Shown: piece after piece, positions 28,723-42,031 of the stretch
Position numbering within the stretch: position 1 is the first letter of the stretch
Layout: every line of letters starts with the position of its first letter
Origin: Eledone cirrhosa
Taxonomy: Eukaryota
Assembly (NCBI GenBank): GCA_964016885.1
Contig: CAXHJY010000589.1
Span: forward strand, 128,603 to 192,602
Length of the DNA stretch: 64,000 bases
Direction: 5' to 3'
The notes under the pieces: generated by a model
The model's database searches: none
The model's input: only the letters and a program-made list of their open reading frames with translations
What the model was told of the DNA's origin: nothing
Made by a program: the position numbers and the translations under genes

Positions 28723-28810
<88 letters not shown>

Positions 28811-29192
28811 ATAAACCAATAGTAAGACATGAAAAAGAAAAGAAACCTCTTTGTTTTGAAGTTAGGTAACAATAGCTATTGTAAATAGGAAGAGAAAAGA
28901 TAGAAATGAGAAGTCAATACTCATTGAAAGCCGGTTTTAACGTAATAATATTTAATACACTGTAGCAATATGTCTCTCGACAACACCAACCTATGTAATG
29001 TTAAAACCAAAGTAGATTCCGTAATAAAATGTTTATGATGTCTTTTTATAAGTTGCTATGTTCAAAATTCCCTTGCAATGGTATACAATAAAAGGTTGTT
29101 TTTTTATGAGATGTGAAGCATTCATTTTAATTTTATAAAAATGTCTTCTAAACAGTTTCAGCAGCAAAAGTGACCGTCCATTTCCTTTAGAG

Positions 29193-30952
29193 CAGATGTT
29201 CTCAAAGTGGGCACTACCAGACCCAACCCGGGGGCGTTGAGAAGATCCAGGGCGACGGGAGCTGGGGACTAAAAGGTCGCTATGAATTTATTATTTATAT
29301 TTGACGGCCCTTGTCATTCTGAGTTACGGCTCTTGCCATTCTGAGTTCAAATCCCGCGAAGGTTAACTTTGCCTTTCATCCTTACGGGATCGATAAAATA
29401 AAGTACCAGTAATGTACTGGGTAATTGCTGGCCTTGTGCCTAAAGTAGAAACAATTATTTTTATAGTATTGTATCGACAGTTGATCGACAAGATCCCAGA
29501 CCTCGTCAAATCGGACCGAGGAAAGAAATTAGCACAACCGCTGTTCGGCGTACTTGCGGAGGGCGTTCACACTGCGGTGTAGGTGCAACAAAAGGGGTCA
29601 CTGTGGAATTAGCGCTACCACTGTTCGGCGTACTTGCGCAGGGCGTTCACACTGCGGTGTAGGTGCAACAAAAGGGGTCACTGTGGAATTAGCGCTACCA
29701 CTGTTCGGCGTACTTGCGGAGGGCGTTCACACTGCGGTGTAGGTGCAACAAAAGGGGTCACTGTGGAATTAGCGCTACCACTGTTCGGCGTACTTGCGCA
29801 GGGCGTTCACACTGCGGTGTAGGTGCAACAAAAGGGGTCACTGTGGAATTAGCGCTACCACTGTTCGGCGTACTTGCGGAGGGCGTTCACACTGCGGTGT
29901 AGGTGCAACAAAAGGGGTCACTGTGGAATTAGCGCTACCACTGTTCGGCGTACTTGCGGAGGGCGTTCACACTGCGGTGTAGGTGCAACAAAAGGGGTCA
30001 CTGTGGAATTAGCGCTACCACTGTTCGGCGTACTTGCGGAGGGCGTTCATACTGCGGTGTAGGTGCAACAAAAGGGGTCACTGTGGAATTAGCGCTACCA
30101 CTGTTCGGCGTACTTGCGGAGGGCGTTCATACTGCGGTGTAGGTGCAACAAAAGGGGTCACTGTGGAATTAGCGCTACCACTGTTCGGCGTACTTGCGGA
30201 GGGCGTTCATACTGCGGTGTAGGTGCAACAAAAGGGGTCTTAGTAGAAGTAGCACAGGCGTGAGTTTTACGGTGTCAATAACACGGAAACGTACACAGGG
30301 CCCGGATTTGCGCGTGATGAAAGCACGAAGCATCAACAGGGCGCCGACAAAAATTTTAAGGTCCTCCTCATGTCCTCAATCCCCAGAAAATGGTCCTGCT
30401 TAAAAGTAAGTGATGTGTTTTCTGTTAAATAAACCTAATTTTTAACGAAATATTATACGCTACTTACGATGTTTAAGTAGCGTTTATATTGAAAATAAAA
30501 ATGGCATGTAATGCCCAATGTTAATTCGTAAATTTCCCAGAAACCATCAATGGAATCGGATTTTTTTTTGTCCACAGCAATGCGAGGGAACTAATTAATG
30601 TGTGCTGCAAATTTCGAGGAAATCGGCTGGATTATCTTTAAGTTACGCCTCAAAAAAGCCTTAAAATGCGGTTTTTCGACTATGGCAGAAAACGTTAAAC
30701 TCTTTTTAGCCCATTGCACTTCAAGAAATATAAGTAACGCATGTGTAAAGTTTGAAAAAATTCGGTCGGGTACTTCTCGAGTTTTAGGGATTTACAGACA
30801 GACAGACATCCTCTGTTTTATATATATAGATAAATAAAAAATATATAATATTTATTTATTATATTTTATTTACAATTTGTGTATAGGCAGGTCTCTCTGG
30901 AAATAGGGTTGGGGGCAAAAAGGGTTTGGCCCAAAAAGTTTGAGAATCTCTA
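29193..30952. mobile_element. hAT (Charlie-like) MITE expanded by nested insertions
   Basis: Imperfect TIRs CAGATGTTCTCAAA / TTTGAGAATCTCTA; 8-bp TSD CTTTAGAG (29185-29192) / CTCTAGAG (30953-30960). Confidence 0.7.
29527..30239. repeat. GC-rich 80-bp minisatellite, about 8.9 copies
   Basis: Unit AATTAGCGCTACCACTGTTCGGCGTACTTGCGGAGGGCGTTCACACTGCGGTGTAGGTGCAACAAAAGGGGTCACTGTGG. Confidence 0.97.
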
Positions 30953-31007
30953 CTCTAGAGTTTTCACGTCATATGTTAACTTAATCTTACCTATGATAAG
31001 TATGATG

Positions 31008-31141
31008 CAGCCTCCATTCGATTGAGGTAGCCTCCATTCGATTGAGGCAGCCTCCATTCGATTGAGGCAGCCTCCATTCGATTGAGGTAGCCTCCATTCG
31101 ATTGGGGTAGCCTCCATTCGATTGAGGTAGCCTCCATTCGA
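31008..31141. repeat. 20-bp minisatellite, about 7 copies
   Basis: Unit YAGCCTCCATTCGATTGAGG. Confidence 0.95.
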
Positions 31142-32077
31142 TGAAAAAATAAAATGGATTATTGTACAGTTGACAATATTATTAGTAAAAGTCGTAAACA
31201 TTTTTGGCCAAGAGTCGCGGTGAGGACGCTTGTGTTGCGATATTTGCCTTCAATTGCGGAAGAAACGACTGGTTAATATTCCCATAATGTATGTATATAT
31301 GTAATTTATGGTCCCGTGACTCCTGATAGAGACGTAGAGGCGCCATATTGACATATGGCGTTTCTTGAACATTTTAAGCCTAGCGGATACCATCCTTCTC
31401 TAGACCTAAATACAGCAGATTTCTTCCAGAGAAAGATAGAAAGTGAGAGAGAGGAAATGAGAAAGAGATATAGAGGAAGAATCGACCTCAGTACTTGACT
31501 GGTACTTTTTTTATCGACCTCGAAAGGATGAAAGGCAAAGTTGACTTCGGCGCGATTTGAACACAGAGAGCAGAGAGCTGGAACAAATCCCACAAAGCAT
31601 TCTATCCGACCTTCTAACGACTCTGCCAATTCGCCGCCTTATTCCCACAAAACCAGTAGAAAATTTGTCAAAGTACTCTGTGTACACTTGACTCTAATGC
31701 CGCAGTACATTTAACCCAACATGAAAAAAACTGAATTGTGGACATAATTGTTTCTACTTTAGGCACAAGGCCAGCAATTACCACAGTGCATTACTGATAC
31801 TTTATTTTATCGACCCCGCAAGGATGAAAGGCAAAGTCAACCTCGGCGGGATTTGAACTCAGATCGTAAAGGGACGTAATTATGCTGGAAAGCATGGCGT
31901 CCGACCCTCTACCGACACTGCCAATCCACCAATAATTGTTTCTATTTTAGGCACAAGGCCAGCAATTACCCAGTGCATTACTGGTACTTTATTTTATCGA
32001 CCCCGTAAGGATGAAAGGCAAAGTCAACCTCGGCGGGATTTGAACTCAGATTGTAAAGGGACGTAACTATGCTGGAA

Positions 32078-32392
32078 AGCATGGTGTCCGACCCTCTACC
32101 GATACTGCCAATCCACTGCCCTAATATGGTGTCCGACCCTCTACCGATACTGCCAATCCACCACCCTAACATGGTGTCCGACCCTCTACCGATACTGCCA
32201 ATCCACCACCCTAACATGGTGTCCGACCCTCTACCGATACTGCCAATCCACCGCCCTAACATGGTGTCCGACCCTCTACCGATACTGCCAATCCACTGCC
32301 CTAACATGGTGTCCGACCCTCTACCGATACTGCCAATCCACCACCCTAACATGGTGTCCGACCCTCTACCGATACTGCCAATCCACCACCCT
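32078..32392. repeat. 45-bp tandem repeat of the SINE 5' end, 7 copies
   Basis: Same register as 12878-13282 with its own variants (GGTGTCC, CTAAC). Confidence 0.95.
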
Positions 32393-33826
32393 GAATTGTG
32401 GACATAATGTGTCTGGAAAATAGTCCTGATCACGAATGTGTGTGAATAAATATTTTACAGCTTTTTTTTTATATTTTTTTTTTTTTTTTTTAAATTACAC
32501 GCATAAACCTGGCTAATCTTTCAATATTTTAAGTTTCACTATGTGCTTTCATTTTTCTAGATAATATATTTTTTTTCTTAATAATAAGAGTCTTCTCAAT
32601 TGTGAATTGATCGATAGGGGAAGTCTTTCTTCCTCTTCGACCACTTTGTCCCCACAACCCTTTCAGCAATGAGTCCTCAAACACTCCCTCCAGCTAGTCC
32701 TGTCAGAAGCAACAGTCTTCAATTGATCCAGCTGAATCACCAAACGAAACCAGCCAAGCTCATGGATGTTATCCAACCATCTTGCTCGGGGTTTACCCCT
32801 GGGTCTTTCTTTAAACTTATTAATTGATCTATTAATTTTGTAACACTAAAATGCTGAAACAAATTCAGCATAAACAAAAATTTCGTAGTAAGTGGAATAG
32901 CAGTGAATCTTCTGAAAAACGTTTAATTGCAGTTACAAATAATTGTTTCTACTTTTGGCACAAGGCCAGCAATTACCTCAGTGCATTACTGGTACTTTAT
33001 TTTATCGACCCCGTAAGGATGAAAAGCAAAGTTAACCTCGGCGGGATTTGAACTCAGACCATAAAGGGGCGTAACTCTATGCGTCAAAGCATGGTGTCCG
33101 ACCCTCTACCGATACTGCCAATCCACCGTTTGGTTCATTCTAAATTTTGTGAGTGTCTTGTTTGGTTTTATCTTTCATTGTTTAGGTGAATTGGCAGTAT
33201 CGGTAGAGGGTCGGACGCCATGCTTTCCAGCATAGTTACGTCCCTTTACGATCTGAGTTCAAATCCCGCCGAGGTTGACTTTGCCTTTCATCCTTACGTG
33301 ATCGATAAAATAAAGTACCAGTCACGCACTGTGGTCAATTTAATCGACTTTCCCCTCCCCCAAAATTGCTGGCCTTGTGCCTAAATAGGAAACTATTATT
33401 TAGACCGACATATGGCGGTGAATTGGCAGTATCGGTAGAGGTTCGGACGCCATGCTTTGCAGCATAGAGTTACGTCCCTTTATGATCTGAGTTCAAATCC
33501 CGTCAAGGTTAACTTTGCCTTTCATCCTTACGGGGTCGATAAAATAAAGTACCAGTCACGCACTGGGGTCGACTTAATCGACTTTCCCCTCACCCAAAAT
33601 TGCTGGCCTTGTGCCTTTACTAGAAATCATTATTTAGACCGACAGTTTATAAAGACTTACACCAGTTAATTAGAGACAGATGAAAGAAAAAACAATTCAA
33701 AATTCCTAATAACTGCACAATTACGAGGTTAACTAATTGGAAGAATAATGAGCCAATTGCTTAAATAAATAAAACATCAAATAAATAAAACATCATTTTC
33801 AAATTAGGAGAAACGTTGAAAAGTTC

Positions 33827-34016
33827 CAAACCTGCCAAGCGCTAAAAACACAAACGGGGAGCACCATGAAAAAAAGTGCCCCCAAACGGGGAGAAATGGG
33901 GCAAAAATGTGGAGATTTTACATGACAGCTATACCCATTGCCACAAAAGACATCTCCCACCCACCCTAAAGTGGGTGGGAGATCTCCCCGTCGGACTGGG
34001 AGAGTTGACACGTCTG
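33827..34016. mobile_element. MITE with 6-bp TSD
   Basis: TIRs CAAACCTGCCAA / TTGACACGTCTG; exact TSD AAGTTC (33821-33826, 34017-34022). Confidence 0.75.
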
Positions 34017-34093
34017 AAGTTCTATATTGCTGAAATCCTTTATAAAATGTATTCAGATGAAAATAACTTAGTATATTATTTATCATCTCATTG

Positions 34094-34695
34094 CAGACCT
34101 GTCAACTGTCCCTGCCTGACAGGGAGAACTCCCACAAACTTTCGGGTGGCTGAGAGATGTTTTCTGTTATGAAAATGGGTATAGCTTTCATTATGTAAAA
34201 TAGCGGTGGATTGGCAGTATCAGTAGAGGGTCGGACGCCATGCTTTCCAGCATAGTTACGTCCCTTTACGATCTGAGTTCAAATCCCGCCGAGGTTGACT
34301 TTGCCTTTCATCCTTACGGGGTCGATAAAATAAAGTACCAGTAATGCATTGGGTAATTGCTGGCCTTGTGCCTAAAGTAGAGACAATTATGTAAAATATC
34401 CCCGGAGGCGGCGGTGAATTGGCAGTATCGGTAGAGGGTCGGACGCCATGCTTTGCAGCATAGAGTTACGGGCCTTTATTATCTGAGTTCAAATCCCGCC
34501 GAGGTTAACTTTATTTTATCGACCCCCGTAAGGATGAAAGGCAAAGTACCAGTAATACACTGAGTATTTGCTGGCCTCGTGCCAAAAAGTGGAAACAATT
34601 ATGTAAAATATCCCCATTTTGCCTCATTTCTCCCCGTTTTGGGGCCCTTTTTTCATGGTGCTCCCCGTTTAGGTTTTTAGAGGTTGGCAGGTCTG
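34094..34695. mobile_element. Second copy of the 6-bp-TSD MITE, inverted, carrying two SINEs
   Basis: TIRs CAGACCTGTCAAC / GTTGGCAGGTCTG; TSD TCATTG/CCATTG; another end of this family is at 1-43. Confidence 0.75.
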
Positions 34696-34786
34696 CCATT
34701 GGCTTCTATGCGTCACCCTTTCTCTCCTATACTAAAACAATAACAAATATATGAGCCAACGGGGAGCATATTGAACTAAGTAAAAG

Positions 34787-35171
34787 TCCTTGATATACAA
34801 GGGGACTGTATGGTCCGTGATAACCAAGGGGACTGTATGGTTGATAACCAAGGGGACTATGGTCCTTAATATACAAGGCGACTGTATGGTCCTTGATATA
34901 CAAGGGGACTGTATGGTCCTTGATAACCAAGGAGACTGTATGGTACCTTAATATACAAGGGGACTGTATGGTCCTTGATAACCAAGGGGACAGTATGGTC
35001 CTTGATAACCAAGGGGACTGTATGGTACCTTAATATACAAGGGGACTGTATGGTACCTTAATATACAAGGGGACTGTATGGTACCTTAATATACAAGGGG
35101 ACTGTATGGTCCTTGATAACCAAGGGGACTGTATGGTCCTTGATATACAAGGGGACTGTATGGTCCTTGAT
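34787..35171. repeat. 27-28-bp minisatellite, about 14 copies
   Basis: Unit CAAGGGGACTGTATGGTCCTTGATA(TA/AC). Confidence 0.95.
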
Positions 35172-36031
35172 AGAATGTCTGATCAAGGCTAACCTTGAGC
35201 TAAACACAATAAGGGGACCTTCACGTGGTTGTCCAGCTTGTAGGAGACATACAACCCTTATAGAGATTCGAAACTGAAACCTGCTACGACATGGCCCTTT
35301 CCACCACAATATCGTTTGAACACAAGACGGGATGGTCACGACTGGAACGTCTTTGATCTTTTCGATTATAACTAATCTAGTTATATAAAAATATTTCTTC
35401 ATGCCAGTGTTAATGTGTGTATGTTAATGTGTGTATGTATGTTAATGTGTGTATGTGTGTTAATGTGTATATATGTATGTGTACGTTTATACACAATTTA
35501 AAGTATCCACCATTCCTATATCTGCCCCACCCCTGTCTACAGCAGTTATCAGTCTCTGTTTAACTCAACTATCTCTCCCACTTCTCTCACTCAACTATGT
35601 CTCTCACTTCTCTCACTCAACTATCACTCAACTATCTCTCACACTCAACTATCTCTCCCACTCTTAACCACTTAACTATCCTTACCCTCACACTTGATCT
35701 CCTCTCAACAGACATTCCACTTGGTTATCTCCACCCCACTCACCTAATGTCATTACTATCTAAAACATTTCAAAGGCATTCCTCTAAGGCGAAGGGCTTG
35801 ACTCCAAACAACAGGATTCTCTTTTTTTTTTTTTTTTTCGAGGAAATAGTGAAAATGTAAATAAACATAATTCCGTAAGTTTCCCGGACTTTACCCAACA
35901 GAGGTGGTGGAATTGGAGAAATGGGGGGAACAAAAGGTGACTATGGCATCCCCAGCAATAATATTTTTCTCCCCAAACTATCAAAACACACATCTATTAA
36001 ATAAATTGTTTGCTTGAAGCATTGTATATAA

Positions 36032-36311
36032 CAGAGGTCCCCAAACCCCTCCCCGCGGGCCACATCCGGCCCACCAAGGGTTTCAATCGGACCCGCAAGG
36101 GTTCTAAAAAAGGTACAGTTTGCAATAAATTCGCGGCCGATCTATCGATATTGCCGAATAAAACAATGTTTAAATGTATTTTTCTGCTTGGGACAGCCCT
36201 AAGTATCAATATTGAATTTTGTTTCAAATCTAACATAAGGGATAAATAAATAATTACTTATTTGTATATAAGTAGTATTAATTGCACATCCGACCCACGG
36301 AGCCACCACTG
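36032..36311. mobile_element. hAT-like MITE remnant
   Basis: Begins CAGAGGTCCCCAAAC...GCGGGCCACATCCGGCCC, a common hAT MITE 5' end; right end and TSD unclear. Confidence 0.45.
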
Positions 36312-36386
36312 CATGGCTTACGAAAAGTAAGTTACCTGGTAATCTTTGTTTGTTTGTTTGTTTGTTTTTTTGGTCTTTTTTTCTGT

Positions 36387-36422
36387 CCAATATTTCGGGA
36401 CTTAAAAGTCCCTTCTTCAGGG
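36387..36422 (-). ncRNA. Hammerhead-like motif, decayed
   Basis: - strand CC-CTGAAGA-a-GGGACTT tt AAGTCCC-GAAA-TA-TT-GG; strong stem II, stem I only 2 bp. Confidence 0.45.
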
Positions 36423-37143
36423 TTTAAGGAACTATTTGTATATGTGCTACAATATATGTACATGTTATATTTATCGCATGTCGAAGTTTTTTTTTTAATA
36501 TCTTGGTTAATATTTGATAATAACAGCGAAACTAATCACTACAACTAAATTGATTAATTTTTCCCATCCCTCGTCCAATTCAGAAATGCTTCCACCATAC
36601 CTGCCCAATGAATTTAATCATTGAGTTTATATGAAATGTTCTTTTTGCACGAATACGTGGCTATTTCACGCGATTAATTTGCGAATTAATTTTCAAAGCA
36701 TGTGGATTGAGTGACTTCATTTCAAATTGCCCTTAAAGCGTGATACACCATTTAAATATCTTTCAAATTTGATTTTCTTAAACCAGTAGTTGCTGATTTT
36801 CACTCACAGTTTAATTCTGTTACACCATTTTCTTTCTTGGGAAAAGCTGTGTATCGTGGGAAAGATGAAGTTTGAAATAAAAATAAACAGGTGTGAAAGC
36901 AGTGTGTACCTAATATATATATAGAAAATCAGTCAGGACCCCGACGGCTGAGCTCCGACCGTTTCGACAGCTAAGTCTGAACGTTCAGACCTAGCTGTCG
37001 AAACGGCCGGAGCTCAGCCGTCGGGGTCCTGACTCTTTTCCTATTACCCACTCTACTACCCAAAGTATCGAGTACTCTGGTGCATTATGGTCCACCTGGT
37101 TCCTTACTACACTTCCTTCGTTATAGAGAGAGAGAGAGAGAGA

Positions 37144-37351
37144 TACAGTAGTCCCCCGGTATTAGCGGGGACTACGTTCCTAGAGTACCCGCGAAGCGTG
37201 AAAAATCGCGAATATTGGACGTGGTTCATAAAAATGCCTATAATTGTCAAAATATAACGTAAAATATAATTTAAAAAAAGAGGGACCGTTTTTTGCGAAG
37301 GGGCGTCCAATAGGCCGGCAAATACGGTATACTACTATTAATAATTTAGTC

Positions 37352-37394
<43 letters not shown>

Positions 37395-37522
37395 CCACGA
37401 AAAGAGCCATAAAAAAAAAATCACAGAAGATATTTACGATTCCGCGAATATGCAGTGGTTTCAACGAACAATTATCAGTTAGGTTCTTAGGAAAATTCCG
37501 CGAATAGCTGGACCGCGAATAC
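37144..37522. mobile_element. Tigger-like MITE remnant
   Basis: Starts TA-CAGTAGTCCCCCGGTATTAGCGGGG; repeated CCGCGAATA subterminal motifs; right end incomplete. Confidence 0.5.
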
Positions 37523-37985
37523 ACTAATTTTGTATGATTAATTTAGGATTACTATATAGCAATTATTCGCAAACAGAAGGTACTTGGCTCCCAGCCGTAG
37601 AATTGTACATAAAAACTACTCTTCTAGACTTAATCCAGTTTGAAACTAAACAGTTATTGAGGGTTGAAATACTTGTTCAATGTTAATACGGTGTTCGGGT
37701 GAAACATGAGTAGATGACAATTGAAAATACGGAAGAACTGAGGAAACTTGGGATTGCAAAGGTAGAAATGTAACTTGGTTCTCTGGGAACCACTGCTAGA
37801 TAACTAAAATTAGATTGAATGGTTGTTTATAATTAGAAATTGTAATATTTCGAGAGTAAGGCTTGTATATTCTCTCAATCAGCTTTAATTAACATTCAGT
37901 GATAAAAGACTAAAAATACATCAATACATTTTTATTTTTAACTGTAAATCTTCATAAGAAAAGACGTGTGTGTGTGTGTGTGTGC

Positions 37986-38032
<47 letters not shown>

Positions 38033-38035
<3 letters not shown>

Positions 38036-40154
38036 TTTATAAAGAACTCAGGAAAAATTATAAAAAAAACAAATAATGCGGCACTTACCAATATCAACAA
38101 CAAAACACACAACATAGTAAATAAGCTCAATATTGAAGATAGAACTGAACCTTTGGCACTGAAAAAACCAGACTTTAACCTAAAAGATCATAAATCTAAC
38201 TTTAACTCTAATCCTTCTATAAGACTTATATGCCCTTCCAAATCTGACATTGGCATCATCAGTAAAACAATTTTAGATAGAGTCATCCCACAATTAAGAA
38301 AACATGTTAATTTACCACTCTGGGAAAACACATCCCAAGTAATTAACTGGTTTACCAATATTAGAAATAAATCATCTGCTTCATTTCTACAATTCGATGT
38401 AGATGCTTATTATCCCTCTATATCACCCATACTCCTGAACAAAGCCTTGATATTTGCCAAAAATAGATCAAACTTAACTATGGATGACATTAATATTATT
38501 ACGCACGCTAGACAAACACTACTAGAATTTCAGAAGGAATACTGGACCAGAAATACATGTAGTAATCTATTCGACATTACTATGGGCTCTAGTGATTCTG
38601 CCCAAATTACCGATCTTGTGGGCCTCTTTCTTCTATTTAACATAAATGCTTCTTTTCCCCACCTTAAAGGTGGTTTATATCGTGATGACTGTCTTCTTCT
38701 TTCCACTAACCTTAGCCTATCAGAAATTGAAAAAAATAAAAAACTTAGAACTTTCCTCAAAGACTATTATAGTCTCACTATTACATTTGAAAACACCAGT
38801 AAAATAGTTAATTTCCTTGATATAACTTTAGACTTATCTACGGGTATCTACCAACCTTACCATAAACCTAACCAACACTTACATTACATACACTCACAAT
38901 CCAATCACCCTAGATCTATCCTTAAAAACCTAGCATATAATATCTCACGCAGAATTTCTAACCCTTCATCTAACCAGGATGTATTCGATAAAAATGCGAC
39001 CTTTTATAACGAAGCTTTAGCTAGAAGCGGCCACAGAAACAAATTAGTCTATATACCTTGTACCAATAATACTACAAACATACAACCCACTATTACCAAC
39101 AAACACCAAATGAAAAACACACCTAAATGCCACTCACACTATACCCCAAAATACCAACTTAAAACTTGATTTCTCTACCACTTCTCACATAAAATATAAT
39201 AACTTTCAAAAAACCATTCATCCTAATACTCCAATATATGTTAACAAGATTACTAACAAATTCCTAATAATCAGACTAAAACACCTAAATAAGTTAATCT
39301 AACTAAACCTATATATAATAAATTCACTAATATTAACTCTCTTAGTAAACATCCTGATACATCGTATAAATATAAAAAACATCGAAACCGTAATAGACGA
39401 GTTACTTGGTATAATGCTCCATTTAATCTACAAATTAAAGATAATATCCCTAAAAACTTTTACTATCCTAGAGAAAAACTTCCCGCCAAACCATAAATAC
39501 CATCAAATTTTAAATAGATCAACTGTCAAATTTTCCTACTCCACTACCAAAAATATACAACAAAATATAAGTGCCTACAATGCATATAAATGTAAAAAAA
39601 AAACCATGAATATACCACCAACACATCAAACTAACCATAATACTAAAATAAATCGCAACAAACCACCATTTCCTTCACATATAACAAGTCGAGTAAATTC
39701 CACACCAAATTTGACTAACTCCCCTGATATAATATCCACGAATGCTTGTAACTGTAGAAACAAAGGAAATTTCCCATTAAAAGGAAATTGTCTTATTAAT
39801 AACATAGTATATAAATGTAAAATTAGCACTAAGGACTCAACTTATTCATATATAGGAGCTACTTCTAACCAATTTAAAGTAAGATTTAATACCCACAAAC
39901 AGTTTTTAAAATGCCGCATTAGCTAATACAACATCCTTGGCTGAAATAATAATTATAGAGAAAAGAATATGACCTGGAGTGTGATCAAAATGGCTACCCC
40001 TTATCAAAATAACAGTTATGAGTGTAGATTATGTTCCCAAGAACTTTTTGAAATAATGAAATCTAAGGATATCCTATTAAATAAGCGACAAGAATTAATT
40101 ATATCGTGCAATCATAGAATTAGAAGAACTTTCAAATATTATAAACCTAATTAA
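38033..40154 (+). mobile_element. 5'-truncated, frameshifted Penelope-like retroelement (RT plus C-terminal GIY-YIG endonuclease)
   Basis: RT motifs IRLICPSKSDIG, FLQFDVDAYYPSIS, FDITMGSSDSAQITDLVGL, GGLYRDD (YRDD at 38678-38689), VNFLDITLDL, YHKPN..YIHSQSNHP. After frameshifts: RRVTWYNAPF, FSYSTTKN, CNCRNKGNFPLKGNCL..NIVYKC..YIGATSNQFKVRFNTH and a terminal CRLC...LLNKRQE...C.H. Starts abruptly at a (TA)n tract. Confidence 0.93.
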
Positions 40155-41139
40155 TATACACATTACACTTATATTTTACAAATTATTATAATTAGTTCTT
40201 TTAATTTAGTTAACCTATAATTAGTATTTTACTACTGAGAACTTCATAATTTTATTTCCCTTTTACAGCTCTTTTTCCTAAAATTAATACCTATAAGTAT
40301 ACATATAAACTATTTTAATTTACTCTTATGAATCTAAATTCCTTGTAGTCTATATAAATTTGTTATTTCTCACTAATACATTTATTCCAAAAAATGTTTT
40401 CCTTTGTTTAAAAACATTCTTTAATAACATCTAACTCTTATTTATCACATCTATATGAATTAATATAAATTTATCCCCATTAGTATACCTATCAATTAAA
40501 TTAATTTAATTTCTTGTTATAGATCTAAATTCCTTGTGTTTTAAATAAGATTGGTATTTCTCACTAACATATTTACCCTAAAATTTTATTCTCCTTCAAT
40601 TTTAACATTAGCATTTTTCTTTAATACAATCAAATTTTCGTGTACCTTTCACCGGCTTGACCTCTTTTCATGCCCAAAGTAATCTTTTCATTCAAAACTT
40701 AAGTCTGCATTCCTCTACCCCTAAATTAAATTTCTACTACTACTATTCTATCAACTTGACCACTTACTACTTTTCTATTGGTCAATTCAAAACATGTTCC
40801 CAAACAGACCTATTATATTAAATCTTTGGGTTTTTTTCAATAAACAAATATCCCGCCGAGGTTGACTTTGCCTTTCATCCTTACGGGGTCGATAAAATAA
40901 AATACCAGTAATGCACTGTGTAATTGCTGGCCTTGGGCCAAAAGTAGAAACAATTATTTCTGAAGACAGCATATATATGTGTAGGTATATATATTTCCTC
41001 TGATAGTTTGTAAATTTTTTACATAGATCTATATGATATACATACCAACACACACATGTATATCCTAGAAACGATCGTAAAATAATGAATTTTTTAATAT
41101 AAGGAACTGTTTCTTTGTTTTTATTCATTGTTTTTATTA

Positions 41140-41182
<43 letters not shown>

Positions 41183-41580
41183 AAAAAGGATGAACCCGAC
41201 GGCAATACTTAGGGTAGTAGAGTGGGAAATAGCCATCGAAACGGCTATTTCCCACTCTACTACCCTAAGTATTGAGTACTCTGGTGCGTTATGGTCCATC
41301 TGGTTTCTTACCACAATTCCTTTGTTTTATATATATATATATGAAGATTAGAGTTAAAACTCAATTGGAACCCTGTAACTATTAAGCTCCAAGTATAAAA
41401 ATACTGAGCCGATTAATAATATATAGTAAGAAACACAGTAAACCGTGTGTCTAAAATTACAAGGGTTGAAAAACCACATTTGTTTGAAATATTTAACCAA
41501 GAAGCAGACAGAATGATAAAATAAAAATATATTTTTATACAAACCGCCTCAATAACCATTATATCTCTCGGACAAATTAT

Positions 41581-41640
41581 CCCTAATTTGTTTCGCCCTG
41601 AGTGTGTTTGTAACAGATAATCCTGGGCTTCATCAGCGAG
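41581..41640 (-). ncRNA. Hammerhead-like motif, decayed
   Basis: - strand CTGATGA-a-GCCC...GGGC-GAAAC; stems I and III poorly paired; lies in a TA-flanked element with direct and inverted repeats (41342-41945). Confidence 0.4.
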
Positions 41641-41936
41641 AGAATCTGATTAAATGCAACAAACACTATTTGCCAACGTTCACACAGAAAGATGAATTTG
41701 TCACCTCGTGCTCCGCTAGCCAAACGTGGTAAGCGTGTATTGAACAGAAACAACAGTCCAACACACGCAACTTAATAAGCTCAACTTGTGAGGGAGCAGA
41801 AATATATATGAAGATTAGAGTTAAAACTCAATTGGAACCCTGTAACTATTAAGCTCCAAGTATAAAAATACTGAGCCGATTAATAATATATTTCAACCCT
41901 TGTAATTTTAGACACACGGTTTACTGTGTTTCTTAC

Positions 41937-41993
<57 letters not shown>

Positions 41994-42031
41994 ATATTAA
42001 TAAATGGAAACTATATTTATAAAACCATATC

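Larger units (their letters stand above)
31480..34600. mobile_element. Cluster of eight family-1 SINEs
   Basis: Copies at about 31480-31640, 31745-31930, 31931-32120 and 32940-33128 (-), and 33184-33400, 33413-33632, 34203-34390 and 34407-34600 (+). Confidence 0.88.

Noticed and set aside
28434-28808. Host C2H2 zinc-finger gene
   Set aside because: No TGEKP linkers, decayed middle finger, begins in (TA)n; better explained as a LINE C-terminal remnant.
29527-30239. CRISPR-like or ribozyme-bearing 80-bp repeat; repeated 62-aa ORFs
   Set aside because: No spacers; no CTGANGA/GAAA core on either strand; the ORFs are a by-product of the period.
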